64,000 nt of DNA from Gaiellales bacterium (GTDB lineage Bacteria > Actinomycetota > Thermoleophilia > Gaiellales > SKUG01): positions 3,016 to 67,015 of the forward strand of contig JBBQUY010000006.1 of NCBI GenBank assembly GCA_038212015.1. Reading direction: 5' to 3'. The notes under the pieces are model-generated. The model did not search any database and was not told the origin of the DNA. It saw only the letters and a program-made list of their open reading frames with translations. The translations under genes were made by a program, and so were the position numbers. How positions within the stretch are numbered: position 1 is the stretch's first letter; every line of letters begins with the position of its first letter. Below, piece by piece: positions 41,807 to 52,299 of the stretch.

Positions 41807-42013
41807 ATGCGACGCAGGATGCACCGCCCGCACATCGAGTTCGACACGATCGATGCCATCACCCGTGAACGCCCGGATGGCGACACGCCCGTTCGCGCTC
41901 ATGCCAACCCGGTGCGCCGGGGCTTTCACCTGGTGACCGCACGCGACGAGCGGCACGCGGTCCGCAGGGAGCTGCACGAGCTGCAGCGGGTCCGCGTGAT
42001 CGACGTCGACTGA
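41807..42013 (+). CDS. Small basic hypothetical protein (68 aa)
   Basis: GGAGG lies 6 nt before ATG 41807. This is the last 68 codons of an otherwise shadow 696-aa track ORF. Confidence 0.4.
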   Translation: MRRRMHRPHIEFDTIDAITRERPDGDTPVRAHANPVRRGFHLVTARDERHAVRRELHELQRVRVIDVD

Positions 42014-42018
42014 CGCGC

Positions 42019-42684
42019 CTAGAACAGGCGCATCAGCTCTTCGCCGTCGGGGCAGCGGCTCAGCACTTCGTCGAGCGCGATGAAGTCGTAGCCCCACTTC
42101 TCGAGCAGCACGCGCGCCTGGGGCGCGAGCTCCGGAGCGACAAGGATGCCGCGCGCCGGCGCATGGGCGGGGTTCTTCTGGACCTCGTCCATGTATCGGT
42201 TGAGCTGTTCGACCGCGGCGGCCACGGCGCGCACGCGCTTGACCTCCACCACGCAGGTGCGGCCGTCGGCATCTCGGCAGAACAGGTCGACGGGGCCGAC
42301 CTCGGTGAACAGCTCACGCTGCAGGCCGACCATCCCGAATTCGATTGCTTCGGGCGTCTGGAAGATCGTCGCCTGGATGTCCTTCTCGCGACCTTCGCGC
42401 ACGAGCTTCGCCGCGTCCGAGAGCTCCCAGTTCGTGTCGGCGTGCACGTCCTCCACGTCGATCACGAGCGTCTCGCCGGTCGCCGGTCGAGTGACGAGGA
42501 GCGTTCGACCGTCCTCGGTCACCGCCGTGGGGCCCGGCATGTAGTTGATCGGCTTGGCGCCCTGCACCGCATGCACGACGACGGAGCCGTCGTCCTTGAA
42601 GAGCACGACGCGGTCGCCCGACTCGAGCGTGGTGACCAGTCGGCCTTCGTACCGGATGCTGCAGCGTGTGACGAGGATGCGCAT
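42019..42684 (-). CDS. nucS: Endonuclease NucS (EndoMS)
   Basis: MRILVTRCSIRYEGRLVTTLESGDRVVLFKDDGSVVVH... and the C-terminal RecB-like nuclease region (DLFCRD...VVEVKR). I chose ATG 42684. Confidence 0.9.
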   Translation of the reverse strand: MRILVTRCSIRYEGRLVTTLESGDRVVLFKDDGSVVVHAVQGAKPINYMPGPTAVTEDGRTLLVTRPATGETLVIDVEDVHADTNWELSDAAKLVREGREKDIQATIFQTPEAIEFGMVGLQRELFTEVGPVDLFCRDADGRTCVVEVKRVRAVAAAVEQLNRYMDEVQKNPAHAPARGILVAPELAPQARVLLEKWGYDFIALDEVLSRCPDGEELMRLF

Positions 42685-42751
42685 AAGATGCAATGGTAGT
42701 GATCGCGCCGGACGACGCCGGTAGCGAATCGCTACTTTGGGCGGTATCGAA

Positions 42752-44338
42752 TCAGGACCCGGCGGGTCCGCCGAACACCGTGACCTCGCCGATGCGCGCA
42801 CGGGCGCGGTTCGGATCGTCGGTATCGATGACCAGCTTGGTGATCCACAGGAGCAGGTATCGCGTCTCGGTTCCGTCCAGGTCGACCGGCACCTTCATGC
42901 CATCGCTGACGGCCACCGCGTCGGAAACCGGGGTCCAGCCGTCGAGCGTGCTCGCCGGCGAGTCAGCGACGCGCACCTCCATCGTCCAGCCCGGCAGGTT
43001 CGTCCGGATCTGCACGTCACGCACGTCCGCGGCCTGCTCCAGCTGCAGCATCAGTCCGACGCCGGGCTTGATGCGGTTGAAGTCGCGCGTGTCGTAGCCG
43101 TCCGTACCCCACGTGGTGGCGACGTCGCCGTCGAGGATGTTGTCCTTGGTGTCGGAGTGCTCGTCACCGTCACCCGGCTCGGGGTCGAAGGCCGCGACGC
43201 TCGCCACCGCGATCGGGCGATCAGGTCCGGTCGCGGCGCGATCCTGCGTTCCGACCTGGTCGTTGCCGCGTTCGCCGGCGATCATGATGCCGAAGATCAC
43301 GAGCGCCACGAGCGGCGCGACCACCATCGACCAGGCCAGGATTCGTGCGCGCACCTCCCGACCGGTCCGCGGACGTCGCGACTCGCGGCGAGCTCGCGTG
43401 CCGCGCGGCGCGCGAGGTGCGACCGATGGCGCGAGCACCGCCGTGCCGTGCTCGTCGGAGGTCGCCTCGTCGATGTCGTCCAGCGCGTACGGTCGGGTGT
43501 CCTGTCCGTGCTCGAACGGCTGGACGGCGGTCATCGCGAGTTCGCGTACGCCGGACAGCTCCGCTGCGAACTCGCGCATCGACAGGAACCGATCGGCGGG
43601 ATCGGTCGCGACGGCGCGCGCGACGATTGCGGCAAGGCGCGGCGACACGTCGGGGCGCAGCAGCTGCAGCTCGCCCTGATCGAGCCCTGCCTGCGGGGCC
43701 TGCTCGGTGAGTGCGACGAACACGAGCGCGCCGAGCGCGTAGATGTCGTCGGACGGCTCGGGCGGCGCGGTGGCATCCACCTCGCGCAGCTCCGGCGCGG
43801 CGAACGGATCCCCGACGAGCTGGGCGACGTAGCTGCCGCCGCCGAAGTCCACGAGCTTGACGTCGTGCTCTTCGGTCAGCAGCACATTGCCCGGGCGCAG
43901 GTTGCCGTGGATGACGCCGTGCCCGTGCGCGTAGGCCAGCGCACGTGCGATCTGCAGTGCGTACGTCACGACCTCGCCGCTCGCCAGGGGCGCGAATCGT
44001 TCGATGCGCTCCTGCAGGTTCTCGCCCCGCACGTGCTCGAGCACGACGAGCGGACGGCCGTCGTGCTCGCCGCGATCGATCACCATCGCCACGTGCTCGT
44101 GTGACAGACGCGCCACGGCGCGCGCGGCGGCAAGCTGCGCCTCCACCACGTGGACGTCGTCGCGATGTCGTGGATGGAACAGCTTGACCGTCACGCGACG
44201 ATGCAGGCGATCGTCGTAGGCACGAAACGCGGTCGACAGCTCGCCGGTGCCGATGAGCCGTTCGACCACGAAGCGGCCGGCGATGCGCTCGCCGATGAGC
44301 CGTTCGGGCTCCACGTTGCCGGTGATGCCCTCAGCCAT
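42752..44338 (-). CDS. Receptor Ser/Thr protein kinase-like protein (predicted pseudokinase) with an extracellular discoidin/galactose-binding-like domain
   Basis: Kinase subdomains are present: GTGELSTAF, VTVKLF, DFG, APE, DIYALGA. The catalytic loop reads HGNLRPGN instead of HRDLKPxN. One TM (ILAWSMVVAPLVALVIFGIMIA). The C-terminal domain contains ...NILDGDVATTWGTDGY... Confidence 0.8.
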   Translation of the reverse strand: MAEGITGNVEPERLIGERIAGRFVVERLIGTGELSTAFRAYDDRLHRRVTVKLFHPRHRDDVHVVEAQLAAARAVARLSHEHVAMVIDRGEHDGRPLVVLEHVRGENLQERIERFAPLASGEVVTYALQIARALAYAHGHGVIHGNLRPGNVLLTEEHDVKLVDFGGGSYVAQLVGDPFAAPELREVDATAPPEPSDDIYALGALVFVALTEQAPQAGLDQGELQLLRPDVSPRLAAIVARAVATDPADRFLSMREFAAELSGVRELAMTAVQPFEHGQDTRPYALDDIDEATSDEHGTAVLAPSVAPRAPRGTRARRESRRPRTGREVRARILAWSMVVAPLVALVIFGIMIAGERGNDQVGTQDRAATGPDRPIAVASVAAFDPEPGDGDEHSDTKDNILDGDVATTWGTDGYDTRDFNRIKPGVGLMLQLEQAADVRDVQIRTNLPGWTMEVRVADSPASTLDGWTPVSDAVAVSDGMKVPVDLDGTETRYLLLWITKLVIDTDDPNRARARIGEVTVFGGPAGS

Positions 44339-45113
44339 TCGTATCGAGCGTCTGGCCCTCGGGGACGGCACCCTCAAGGCACTTCGGATCGGCCTTCGTG
44401 GCGTCGGCGCCACCTGGATCCTTGTCGGGCAGACCGCCGAATCGCTTGGGCGGCCAGTAGACCATGAACGCCTTGCCCACGATGAACTCCTCCGGCACGA
44501 AGCCGAACACGCGACCGTCGGCGGAATTGTCGCGATGGTCGCCGAGCATCAGGTACGTGCCCTTGGGGATCTTCCTGGGTCCCCAGCTGGAACGGCCGTC
44601 GTCGATGCCGGCCACGTCGCCGATCGGGCGCAGGTACGGCTCGTCGAGCTGCTTGCCGTCGACGTAGGCGCGGTGCCCCTTGACCTCCACCTCGTCGCCC
44701 GGCAGGCCGATGATGCGCTTGATGTAGTTCGTGTCGGCCTCGGTGACGGTCTTGGTCCCGTCGGCAGCGACGCGAGCAGCGTCGGACTCGTCAGCGACCA
44801 CCGACGGATCCGGGGCGCCGCCTTCGCCAATGCCGGCAGGCGGGTTGAACACGACCACGTCGCCACGCTCGGGGTCACCGAATCGGAAGCTGACCCGGTC
44901 CACGAGCACGCGGTCACCGCAGCGCAGCGTGTTCTCCATCGATCCGGACGGGATCTTGAACGGCTTCACCAGGAACTGCTGGACCAGGAACGCGAGCAGC
45001 AGCGCCGCACCGATCGTGACCACGACCTCGAGCACGGTGCCGCGCTCGTCGTCCTCGGGTTCATCGTGCCACGGCTCGATGCCGTCGTACTGCTGCGTGG
45101 AAGGGCGGCTCAT
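44331..45113 (-). CDS. lepB: Signal peptidase I
   Basis: SGSMENTL (Ser), YIKRIIGLPGD (Lys), GDHRDNSADGR. Confidence 0.9.
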   Translation of the reverse strand: MSRPSTQQYDGIEPWHDEPEDDERGTVLEVVVTIGAALLLAFLVQQFLVKPFKIPSGSMENTLRCGDRVLVDRVSFRFGDPERGDVVVFNPPAGIGEGGAPDPSVVADESDAARVAADGTKTVTEADTNYIKRIIGLPGDEVEVKGHRAYVDGKQLDEPYLRPIGDVAGIDDGRSSWGPRKIPKGTYLMLGDHRDNSADGRVFGFVPEEFIVGKAFMVYWPPKRFGGLPDKDPGGADATKADPKCLEGAVPEGQTLDTNG

Positions 45114-45202
45114 CTCGGTGCAGCTTATCCGGTCGGCGCCCCGGGTTCGCCGGTTCGTGTCGGCTTCGGGGCGCCCGGCGAAGGGGGGCTGGGCGAAGAC
45201 GA

Positions 45203-45230
45203 GCGGGCCGCCCCCGAAGGAGCGGCCCGC
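45203..45230 (-). terminator. Hairpin downstream of the zinc-ribbon gene
   Basis: GCGGGCCGC / GCGGCCCGC forms a 9-bp stem and is followed by a T-containing stretch on the minus strand. Confidence 0.45.
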
Positions 45231-45257
45231 GTCGTTGCAATTCGGTACTGCCGTCGA

Positions 45258-45659
45258 CTAGAAATCGAAGGGCGTGATGAGGTCGCCTTCGAGTGCCTGC
45301 ACGAAGCGGTCGATGTCCGCTTCCATGTTGGCGCGCGTCAGCTGCTCGAGGTCGTCGATGAGCCGGTCGGTGCCGCGATTGAGCACGTCGTCGAAGCGCT
45401 CGACGTCCTGATGGCGGTAGATCCCGCGCTCGGCCCACTCGCAGTTCGGGCATCGCAGCTCGATCTCCCAGCAGTCGTCCTCCGTCTCGCGCCACGAGAC
45501 CGGGTAGACCATGCCCGAGTCGCACTCGGGACAGCACTCCAGGTCGACGACCCCGCCGTCCTCCTCGAGTGGCGTCACGGCATCGTCGGCGTGGAAGTAC
45601 ACGATCTCGACGCTCTTGCCGCTCGGCAGGATGATCTTCTTGATGTGGAAGTCGCCCAT
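45258..45659 (-). CDS. Zinc-ribbon hypothetical protein
   Basis: Two Cys pairs, CCPECD ... CPNCEW. Acidic, 133 aa. Confidence 0.6.
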   Translation of the reverse strand: MGDFHIKKIILPSGKSVEIVYFHADDAVTPLEEDGGVVDLECCPECDSGMVYPVSWRETEDDCWEIELRCPNCEWAERGIYRHQDVERFDDVLNRGTDRLIDDLEQLTRANMEADIDRFVQALEGDLITPFDF

Positions 45660-45846
45660 GAAATCCCGGTGGTTCGCTGACTACGAACGTCCACAGTGGC
45701 GTGGACTGAGATTCGTATCGGAGCGCCCCGGCAGGGCCTTGAGCAGTTTGTCGGCGCATGTGCCAGCCGGTGGCTGCGAACGTGCCAGCGTGCGATACGC
45801 TGCATGCACCCGCCGCGTCATCGAACCATCTCCATGGAAGCAAAGA

Positions 45847-46110
45847 ATGCACTCATTTGCAGGCGATTCAGACGTCATCGAGCTGATCGGCACCGCGCGC
45901 TTCGAGGAGATCGAAGGCGGATTCTGGTCGCTCGAGCTTGATGAGGCCATTGATGGCCTTGGCGACCACGTCGTGCTCGCGGACTACACACCCGACCCCG
46001 GGATCGTCGATGGCATGCGCATTCGCGTGCGCGCCACGCCGATGCCGGACGCAATCGGCTTTCGCATGGCGGGCCCCGAAGTCGACGTGATCGACGCCCA
46101 GCCGGCCTGA
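45847..46110 (+). CDS. Small hypothetical protein (87 aa)
   Basis: ATG 45847. Acidic, coding-like composition. No motif recognised. Confidence 0.4.
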   Translation: MHSFAGDSDVIELIGTARFEEIEGGFWSLELDEAIDGLGDHVVLADYTPDPGIVDGMRIRVRATPMPDAIGFRMAGPEVDVIDAQPA

Positions 46111-46227
46111 TCGATCGCACCGACTCCGTGGCTTCGTACGACAGCGTCGAGTACCGCACGTCACGTACGAACCCGAACCGAGATCGGCGGGCGCAGCACG
46201 CACCCAAGCCTATTTCTGCAACGACCT

Positions 46228-46635
46228 TTAGCTGACGAGGCGCATCGTGAGCGGGAACCGGTACTGCTCGCCGCGGGATGCAGCGAGCGCAGCCTTGATC
46301 ATCACCACGATCACGACGATCGCGAGCGCGAGCCCGATGGGAATGATCACGAGCAAGCCAAGGCCGAGCGTCAGCACCGTCAGCACGATGGCCGCGACCA
46401 TGTATATGGTGAGCGAGATCTGGAAGTTGAGCTGCTCGCGTGCGTGATCGGCGATGAACGAGGACGCGTCGCGCTTCCACAGCAGGCCGACGAGCGGCAC
46501 GATCAGGTTGAGCAGCCAGCCACCCGTCAGCACCACGACGAGCGTCACGAGGTGCATCGCCATCGCCCAGTTGCGGTCGTTCGAGTCGGGCGTGCCGGTC
46601 GTCGTGTCGGGGGGTGTACCGGGGATCTGTTCCAT
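46228..46635 (-). CDS. DUF4870-like membrane protein
   Basis: NWAMAMHL..., LLWKRDASSFIADHAREQLNFQISLTIY. Three to four TM segments. Confidence 0.65.
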   Translation of the reverse strand: MEQIPGTPPDTTTGTPDSNDRNWAMAMHLVTLVVVLTGGWLLNLIVPLVGLLWKRDASSFIADHAREQLNFQISLTIYMVAAIVLTVLTLGLGLLVIIPIGLALAIVVIVVMIKAALAASRGEQYRFPLTMRLVS

Positions 46636-46653
46636 GTCGTGTCGCTTCCTTCG

Positions 46654-47997
46654 TCAGCGGGTCGCCGCGATGGCGTTGCGCAGGATGCCGACGGACTCGT
46701 CGAGCTGCGCGTCGGTGAGCACGAGCGGCACGAGCACGCGCAGGATGTTGCCGCCCACGCCCGCCTTGTGCATGAGCAGGCCGTGCTGCTGCGCGTGTGC
46801 CTGCACCGCGTCGAGGCGCTTGGGATCGGGATCCTTGGTGCCGGGCCTGGAGAACTCGAGCGCACGCATCGGGCCGAGGCCTCGCGAGTCGGAGATGCCG
46901 TCGTCTTCGGCCATGAGCTCGGCGAATGCCGACTCCAGCTTTCGTCCGAGCTCCTTCGCCTGATCGAGCAGCCCACCCTCGAACGCGTCGAGCACCGCGT
47001 GCGCGGCCTGGCAGGCGACCGGGTTGCCCGGGTAGGTCCCGCCGATGCCGCTGTCGGGCACCTTGTCCATGATCGACGCCTTGCCGATGATCGCGCCGAG
47101 CGGGATTCCCGCCGCGATCGACTTGGCGCTCAGCAGCAGGTCGGGCTTCACGCCGAGCTGCTCGCTCGCCCAGATCGTGCCCGTGCGGCCCATGCCGCTC
47201 TGCACCTCGTCGACCACGAACACGATGCCGTGCTCGTCGCAGAACGCGCGCAGGCCGTCGAGGAATGCCGTGGGCGGCACGATGAAGCCGCCCTCGCCCT
47301 GGATCGGCTCGACGATCAGGGCGGCGATGCTCTCCGCCGCGAAATGCGTCTTGGTCATCTTCTTCAGCTGGCCGAGCGCGTAGTCGGCCGCGGCCTGCTC
47401 GTCGCCATCGAAATCGTACGGGTTGGCGTACGGGGCGCGGTACACCTCGGGGGCGAACGGGCCGAATCCCGCGCGATACGGGTGGACCTTGCTGGTGAGG
47501 GTCATCGCCATGAGCGATCGACCATGGAATGCGCCTGAGAAGCAGATGACGCCCTGTCGGCCGGTCGCCACGCGCGCGATCTTGACCGCGTTCTCGACCG
47601 TCTCCGCGCCCGTGTTGAAGAGCGCGGACTTCTTCGGTCCCTCGATCGGCGTGGCGGACTCGTTGAGTCGCTCGCACAGGCGCACGTACGGCTCGTACGG
47701 AACGATCGTGTAGTCGGTGTGCGTGAACTTCTGCGCCTGCTCGACGATCGCGGCAGTCACCGCCGGATGCGCGTGGCCGACGTTGAGCACGCCCACGCCG
47801 CCGATCCAGTCGATGAACGTGTTGCCGTCGACGTCGGTGACGGTCGCGCCCTGCGCGGATTCCACGAACACCGGATGCACCAGCGAGAGCGCGTCGGCGA
47901 GCGCGGCGGCGGATCGTTCCGCGAGCGCGCGCGACTTCGGGCCGGGCACCTCGGTGACGATGTTCACCGATGCCTGCTGCGCGGTTGCCTGCTCCAT
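46654..47997 (-). CDS. gabT: 4-aminobutyrate aminotransferase (class III PLP aminotransferase)
   Basis: GGAGGA precedes ATG 47997. Full-length GabT-like sequence (VTEVPGPKS..., [35 protein letters not shown]). Confidence 0.85.
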   Translation of the reverse strand: MEQATAQQASVNIVTEVPGPKSRALAERSAAALADALSLVHPVFVESAQGATVTDVDGNTFIDWIGGVGVLNVGHAHPAVTAAIVEQAQKFTHTDYTIVPYEPYVRLCERLNESATPIEGPKKSALFNTGAETVENAVKIARVATGRQGVICFSGAFHGRSLMAMTLTSKVHPYRAGFGPFAPEVYRAPYANPYDFDGDEQAAADYALGQLKKMTKTHFAAESIAALIVEPIQGEGGFIVPPTAFLDGLRAFCDEHGIVFVVDEVQSGMGRTGTIWASEQLGVKPDLLLSAKSIAAGIPLGAIIGKASIMDKVPDSGIGGTYPGNPVACQAAHAVLDAFEGGLLDQAKELGRKLESAFAELMAEDDGISDSRGLGPMRALEFSRPGTKDPDPKRLDAVQAHAQQHGLLMHKAGVGGNILRVLVPLVLTDAQLDESVGILRNAIAATR

Positions 47998-48089
47998 GCC
48001 GTTCCTCCGTTTCGTGCCTTCCCGCGATGCTAGCAGGGGCGACGAGTATGCTTTCGATCGTTCAGCCGGCAGAAGCAGGGAGAGCACCC

Positions 48090-48659
48090 ATGGTCCTGAG
48101 CGATCGATCCATCCGCGAAGCCATCGAGCAGGGTCGCATCGGGCTCACGCCGTTCGACGATGCACTCGTGCAGCCGTCGAGCATCGACCTTCGCGTGGGG
48201 CCGCACTTTCGCGTGTTCCGCAACAACCGCCGTCCCTACATCGACGTGCGCGAACCGGCGGAGGGCCTGACCGAGCTGATGACCGCGACCGAGGACGATC
48301 CGTTCATCCTTCATCCCGGCGAGTTCGTGCTCGGCGCGACGGCCGAGGTGGTGCGGATCGGCGACGACCTCGTCGCGCGCCTGGAAGGCAAGAGCTCGCT
48401 CGGGCGGCTCGGACTGCTCATCCACTCGACTGCCGGATTCATCGATCCCGGATTCGAGGGCACGATCACGCTGGAGCTGTCGAACGTCGCCACGCTTCCG
48501 ATCACCATCTATCCAGGCATGAAGATCGGGCAGATCAGCTTCCTGCAGATGACCACGCCGGCGGACAATCCCTACGGCTCGGGGACCAACGCGAGCACGT
48601 CCAAGTACAAGGGCCAGCTCGAGCCGACCGAGTCGAAGTACCACCTCAACTTCGTGTGA
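48090..48659 (+). CDS. dcd: dCTP deaminase
   Basis: [22 protein letters not shown]...[10 protein letters not shown]..., [22 protein letters not shown]. Confidence 0.9.
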   Translation: MVLSDRSIREAIEQGRIGLTPFDDALVQPSSIDLRVGPHFRVFRNNRRPYIDVREPAEGLTELMTATEDDPFILHPGEFVLGATAEVVRIGDDLVARLEGKSSLGRLGLLIHSTAGFIDPGFEGTITLELSNVATLPITIYPGMKIGQISFLQMTTPADNPYGSGTNASTSKYKGQLEPTESKYHLNFV

Positions 48660-49611
48660 GCCGAGCCTCGACGGCGTCGAGTCGTCGCTCGATGCGATCG
48701 AGCACCGCGAGCACCTGTGCGCTGGCCGCGTCGACCTGCTCGTCGACGCCCTCCACGTCGCGCTCGACCTGCTCCACGTCGCGTTCGAGCGCGGCACCCA
48801 CGCGACTGGCGACGAGCGCTTCGACGATGAGTGCGGTGAACAGGGACACGAACACGATGCCGACGAGCACCGTGCTCGCGGCGAGCAGCCGCCCCGCGTT
48901 CGTGACGGGATAGATGTCGCCGTAGCCGACGGTCGTCGACGTGATCCACGCCCACCACAGCCCGTCGTCTGCGCCCGCCTCCTTCGCTGCCGGCTCGACG
49001 ATGGGGTAGGCGAGACCGCACGCGATGATCACGAGCAGGCAGAAGATGCAGCCGTACACGACGCCGGACAGCGTGACGAGCTTGCGCAGTCGCAGGATCG
49101 GCAGCACCACGCGCGCGAGGAGCGCAAGCCGCAGCAACGCTCCCACGTAGGGCGTCGACAGCAGCACCTCGCCCAGGAACGGTGGGGTGAGGACGACGAC
49201 GAGCACTTCGATCGGGTGCGTGGCCAGCCACCGCACCGGACGCACCGCGGTGCGCAGCCCGAACACGAGCTCGAGCACGAAGACCGACCACACCACCCAC
49301 CCGACGAAGTTGGCGACGTCGAGCATCCAGCCACTCGACACGCTCAGCTGCACGGCGATCGCCGGGATCGCGACGAGTGCCGCCACCACGATCGGCAGGT
49401 GAAACCACAGCTCGACCTGGCGCGCTGATTCCTCGTCGCGGCGAAGCGCGCGGACCTGTACGAGCGTCGGGATCGGAATGGAGAAGTTCACGTTGCGGGG
49501 TTCGTCGGAAGGACTCAGGTTCCTGTTCGCGAATCCGTCCCGGGTGTCCATCGGCGTGATCATCGGAGTGGTTGTCCTGGTCGTGGTCGTCGGCTTCGCC
49601 ATTCGCGCCAC
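48646..49611 (-). CDS. Voltage-gated-type (6TM) potassium channel with a C-terminal coiled coil
   Basis: Selectivity filter [10 protein letters not shown]4-like segment [20 protein letters not shown]. The start is uncertain: GTG 49611, ATG 49563/49551 or GTG 49491. The longer options overlap the divergent 49478 gene. Confidence 0.75.
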   Translation of the reverse strand: MARMAKPTTTTRTTTPMITPMDTRDGFANRNLSPSDEPRNVNFSIPIPTLVQVRALRRDEESARQVELWFHLPIVVAALVAIPAIAVQLSVSSGWMLDVANFVGWVVWSVFVLELVFGLRTAVRPVRWLATHPIEVLVVVLTPPFLGEVLLSTPYVGALLRLALLARVVLPILRLRKLVTLSGVVYGCIFCLLVIIACGLAYPIVEPAAKEAGADDGLWWAWITSTTVGYGDIYPVTNAGRLLAASTVLVGIVFVSLFTALIVEALVASRVGAALERDVEQVERDVEGVDEQVDAASAQVLAVLDRIERRLDAVEARLTRS

Positions 49612-50167
49612 GCGCGGCGGTGGCGGCGGTTACGACCCGCTCGCGCCGACGGGCACTGCCGCGTCGAGCGGCGCGTCGCTGGCGATGCCGTCCGCCCTCG
49701 ACGTGAAGCCCTCCAGGGCGCAGGCTCAGCAGTCGACCGCCGCACGCGGAGCGCGACAGCCAGGCTCGAGCATCACCGCCAGCGGCCGCACGTGGCGCAT
49801 CCTCGCGGTGTACACGTACGAGGAAGACGGCGAACGCTGGGAGGAGCGCCGCGTCCGGGACGGCGCCGACGAGGGGTGGCTCGCTGCCGACCAGCACGGC
49901 TCGACGGTGCTGTTCGATCGCAACTGGCCGAACGCGAGCTTCCCGACGCAGGAGCGCGCGACGATGCCCGACGGGACCGACGCTCGTCGCATCGAGGCAG
50001 GCACCGCCACGTTCGACGCGGTGGGCGAGCACGATGGCTGGGCCAACGGCCACGTGTCGTATGCCTCCTATCGCGCCGACAACGGCACGCACTGGGCCTT
50101 CGAGCTCGACGACGACGGTGAAGTCGACGCATGGAGTGGAACGACGACGCCGGTGGTGGACGCATGA
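49478..50167 (+). CDS. DUF4178-like protein with an N-terminal TM
   Basis: [20 protein letters not shown], then GRTWRILAVYTYEEDGERWEERRV...GWLAADQHG... (DUF4178-like, from memory). An alternative GTG start lies at 49544. Confidence 0.6.
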   Translation: MEKFTLRGSSEGLRFLFANPSRVSIGVIIGVVVLVVVVGFAIRATRGGGGGYDPLAPTGTAASSGASLAMPSALDVKPSRAQAQQSTAARGARQPGSSITASGRTWRILAVYTYEEDGERWEERRVRDGADEGWLAADQHGSTVLFDRNWPNASFPTQERATMPDGTDARRIEAGTATFDAVGEHDGWANGHVSYASYRADNGTHWAFELDDDGEVDAWSGTTTPVVDA

Positions 50168-51153
50168 ATCGAACCTGGGTCGAACTGCAGATGCCGTTCG
50201 TCGACAGCTCCGTCGCCGGGCTTCGCTACCTGGCCGACGGATCGGCGGCGTCGACGTCGCTGCCGGTGGTCGCGGCGCGACGCGCACGGGACGAGCACTG
50301 GCAACTCGACGCCGAAGTGCTCGGCTGCTCGCATCGCATCGAGCTGCGCGACACGCGCGACGGGTCGCTCGTGCTCGAGGAAGTCGTGGCGTGCGATCCG
50401 GGGCTGCCGGCCCCGATGCCCGCGCGCGACTCGCACGCGGCGGGACACGCCTTCGAAAGCCGGTGCGAGGTCGTGGATGCGGATGCGGTCTGGAACGACG
50501 CCGTCGAGGCTGCGCTCGCTGCGCTGGAAGGCGACGGCGACGGATCGCTCGTCGCGCGCTTTCCCGATCCGCGCGGCATGGCGCTCACCGCGATCGCGTG
50601 GCGACTGTCGGCGATCGACGGACGAGCCACGTGGTCGACCATCCACGCGTATCCGGGCGAGCGCTCGATCGTGCACACGTCGACGATCGTCGACGATCGA
50701 GTGCCGACGAGCGCCGACCGCGCATCCGGCGCCGGGCGAGCTCTCACGCGGATGGCGAGCATCGCGATCGCGTCGCTCGTGCTCGCCGGGTGCGGGCTGA
50801 GCGCCGACCCCAAGGGCTACGTCGCTGACAAGTACGCGCCGGCGTCGACGAAGACGTCCTTCGAGCAGGGCAGCTCGGTCTACACCTCGCCGAAGCCGCC
50901 AGCGGCCGTCGCGCGCGACCTCATCAAACATCGCAAGCCCGCCGAAAAGCGCCTCACGCCCAGCGGGTGGTACCTGCGCTACTCCAAGTGGATCATCGCG
51001 ATCCACGGAGCCGAAGGTGGCGGATCACGAATCCTGGTGGATCGTCAGTCGCGCGGCTATCGGCGCCACTACGGCGGCGTCGGCGGCTGGTGGGGAACGT
51101 CGAGCGGACGCGCGGAGAGCTTCCGCGGCGGTGGACCGGGAGTGGGCAAGTGA
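50164..51153 (+). CDS. DUF2617-like module continuous in frame with a DUF4247-like lipoprotein module
   Basis: ATG 50164 overlaps the upstream stop (ATGA). The first half is DUF2617-like (...VLGCSHRIE..., EVVACDPG, WSTIHAYPGERSIVHTSTI). An internal ATG at 50752 begins MASIAIASLVLAGCG (lipobox). The protein ends ...SFRGGGPGVGK, which is DUF4247-like. No stop codon separates the two modules. Confidence 0.6.
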   Translation: MNRTWVELQMPFVDSSVAGLRYLADGSAASTSLPVVAARRARDEHWQLDAEVLGCSHRIELRDTRDGSLVLEEVVACDPGLPAPMPARDSHAAGHAFESRCEVVDADAVWNDAVEAALAALEGDGDGSLVARFPDPRGMALTAIAWRLSAIDGRATWSTIHAYPGERSIVHTSTIVDDRVPTSADRASGAGRALTRMASIAIASLVLAGCGLSADPKGYVADKYAPASTKTSFEQGSSVYTSPKPPAAVARDLIKHRKPAEKRLTPSGWYLRYSKWIIAIHGAEGGGSRILVDRQSRGYRRHYGGVGGWWGTSSGRAESFRGGGPGVGK

Positions 51154-51173
51154 GCAGGCTGACCAGCATCTCG

Positions 51174-51836
51174 ATGCGACGCACGGTCGTCGCCCTCACG
51201 ATTGCCTTGGCCGCACCGCTCACGGCGACGGCGCCGGCGGCCGCATCGCAGATGATCGACGTGGCGGATGCATCCGAACTGCGCGAGGTCATGCGCGAGG
51301 CGACGGCCGAGCAGGGCGTCTGCTACCAGTGGTCGCTCAATCTCGACGACCAGTACACGCTTCAGGGCGGGCTGCAGGATTCCGGCAGCACCGTCACGAC
51401 CGGCGGCTGCCCGAAAGGCACCGTCATCCTCACCGGCAGCGTGTCATACAGCTGCTCGACGTGTGAGACGGGCGACTCTGCGTCGGTGTCGCTGCAGGGC
51501 AGCGGGGTGTCGGTCGTCGCGTCGAGCGACGACTACCTCGACATGCTCGGTCTCGACGACGGCGACCTGCTCGCCGACGAGGGCGACGACGTGGCGTGGC
51601 TCAACATGGTCGGCGGGCTGCCGCTCATGGTGAGCGAGAACAACCCGTCGATCCCGGCGCCGGAGTTCGACGAGACGATCTACCCCGCCGACGACGCGAC
51701 TCCGATGAACACGCCGAGCGCGCTCGGTGACTGGTTCCGCGTCTACGGCTGGACGGTCGCGTTCATCCTGCTCGGGATCGGCATGGCCGTCGTGCTCGGG
51801 CTCTGGATTCGCAAGCAGCGGCAGCTCGCCGCGTGA
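51174..51836 (+). CDS. Secreted, C-terminally TM-anchored acidic Cys-containing protein (hypothetical)
   Basis: Signal peptide MRRTVVALTIALAAPLTATAPAAAS. C-terminal TM WTVAFILLGIGMAVVLGLWI. An alternative GTG at 51150 overlaps the upstream stop. Confidence 0.55.
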   Translation: MRRTVVALTIALAAPLTATAPAAASQMIDVADASELREVMREATAEQGVCYQWSLNLDDQYTLQGGLQDSGSTVTTGGCPKGTVILTGSVSYSCSTCETGDSASVSLQGSGVSVVASSDDYLDMLGLDDGDLLADEGDDVAWLNMVGGLPLMVSENNPSIPAPEFDETIYPADDATPMNTPSALGDWFRVYGWTVAFILLGIGMAVVLGLWIRKQRQLAA

Positions 51837-51873
51837 CACGGGCCGGGTGACCGGCTCTTTCGGGAGGAACGAC

Positions 51874-52299
51874 ATGCAGGACTTCGGCTACGACATCGCG
51901 GCGAGCGCCGCCTACGGTGGTATCGCGCTCGCGCTGCTCGTGTTCGCGTGGATCGCGATCGACCTGCTCATCCCGGCGAAGGTCGGGGTCGAGCTGCTGG
52001 AACACCGCAATGCGAACGTCGCGACCGTGCTTGCCGCGGGCGTGCTCGCGATGTCGATCATCATCGCGTCTGCGATCCATGCGTCCGACGGCAAGCTCGC
52101 GGACGGCATCATCGACACGCTCGGATTCGGCATCGGCGGCATCATCATGCAGGCGCTCGGTGTATGGGTCTTCGATCGCATCACGCCCGGCAAGCTCGGT
52201 GACGTGCTGCACGGCGCGCGCGAGCTGCATCCGGCGTCGATCACGCAGGCGGCATGGCAGATCGGTCTGGGCATCACGCTCGCGGCGGCCATCTCGTGA
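51874..52299 (+). CDS. DUF350-family membrane protein
   Basis: GGGAGGA precedes ATG 51874. Four TM segments with DUF350-like spacing. Confidence 0.65.
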   Translation: MQDFGYDIAASAAYGGIALALLVFAWIAIDLLIPAKVGVELLEHRNANVATVLAAGVLAMSIIIASAIHASDGKLADGIIDTLGFGIGGIIMQALGVWVFDRITPGKLGDVLHGARELHPASITQAAWQIGLGITLAAAIS

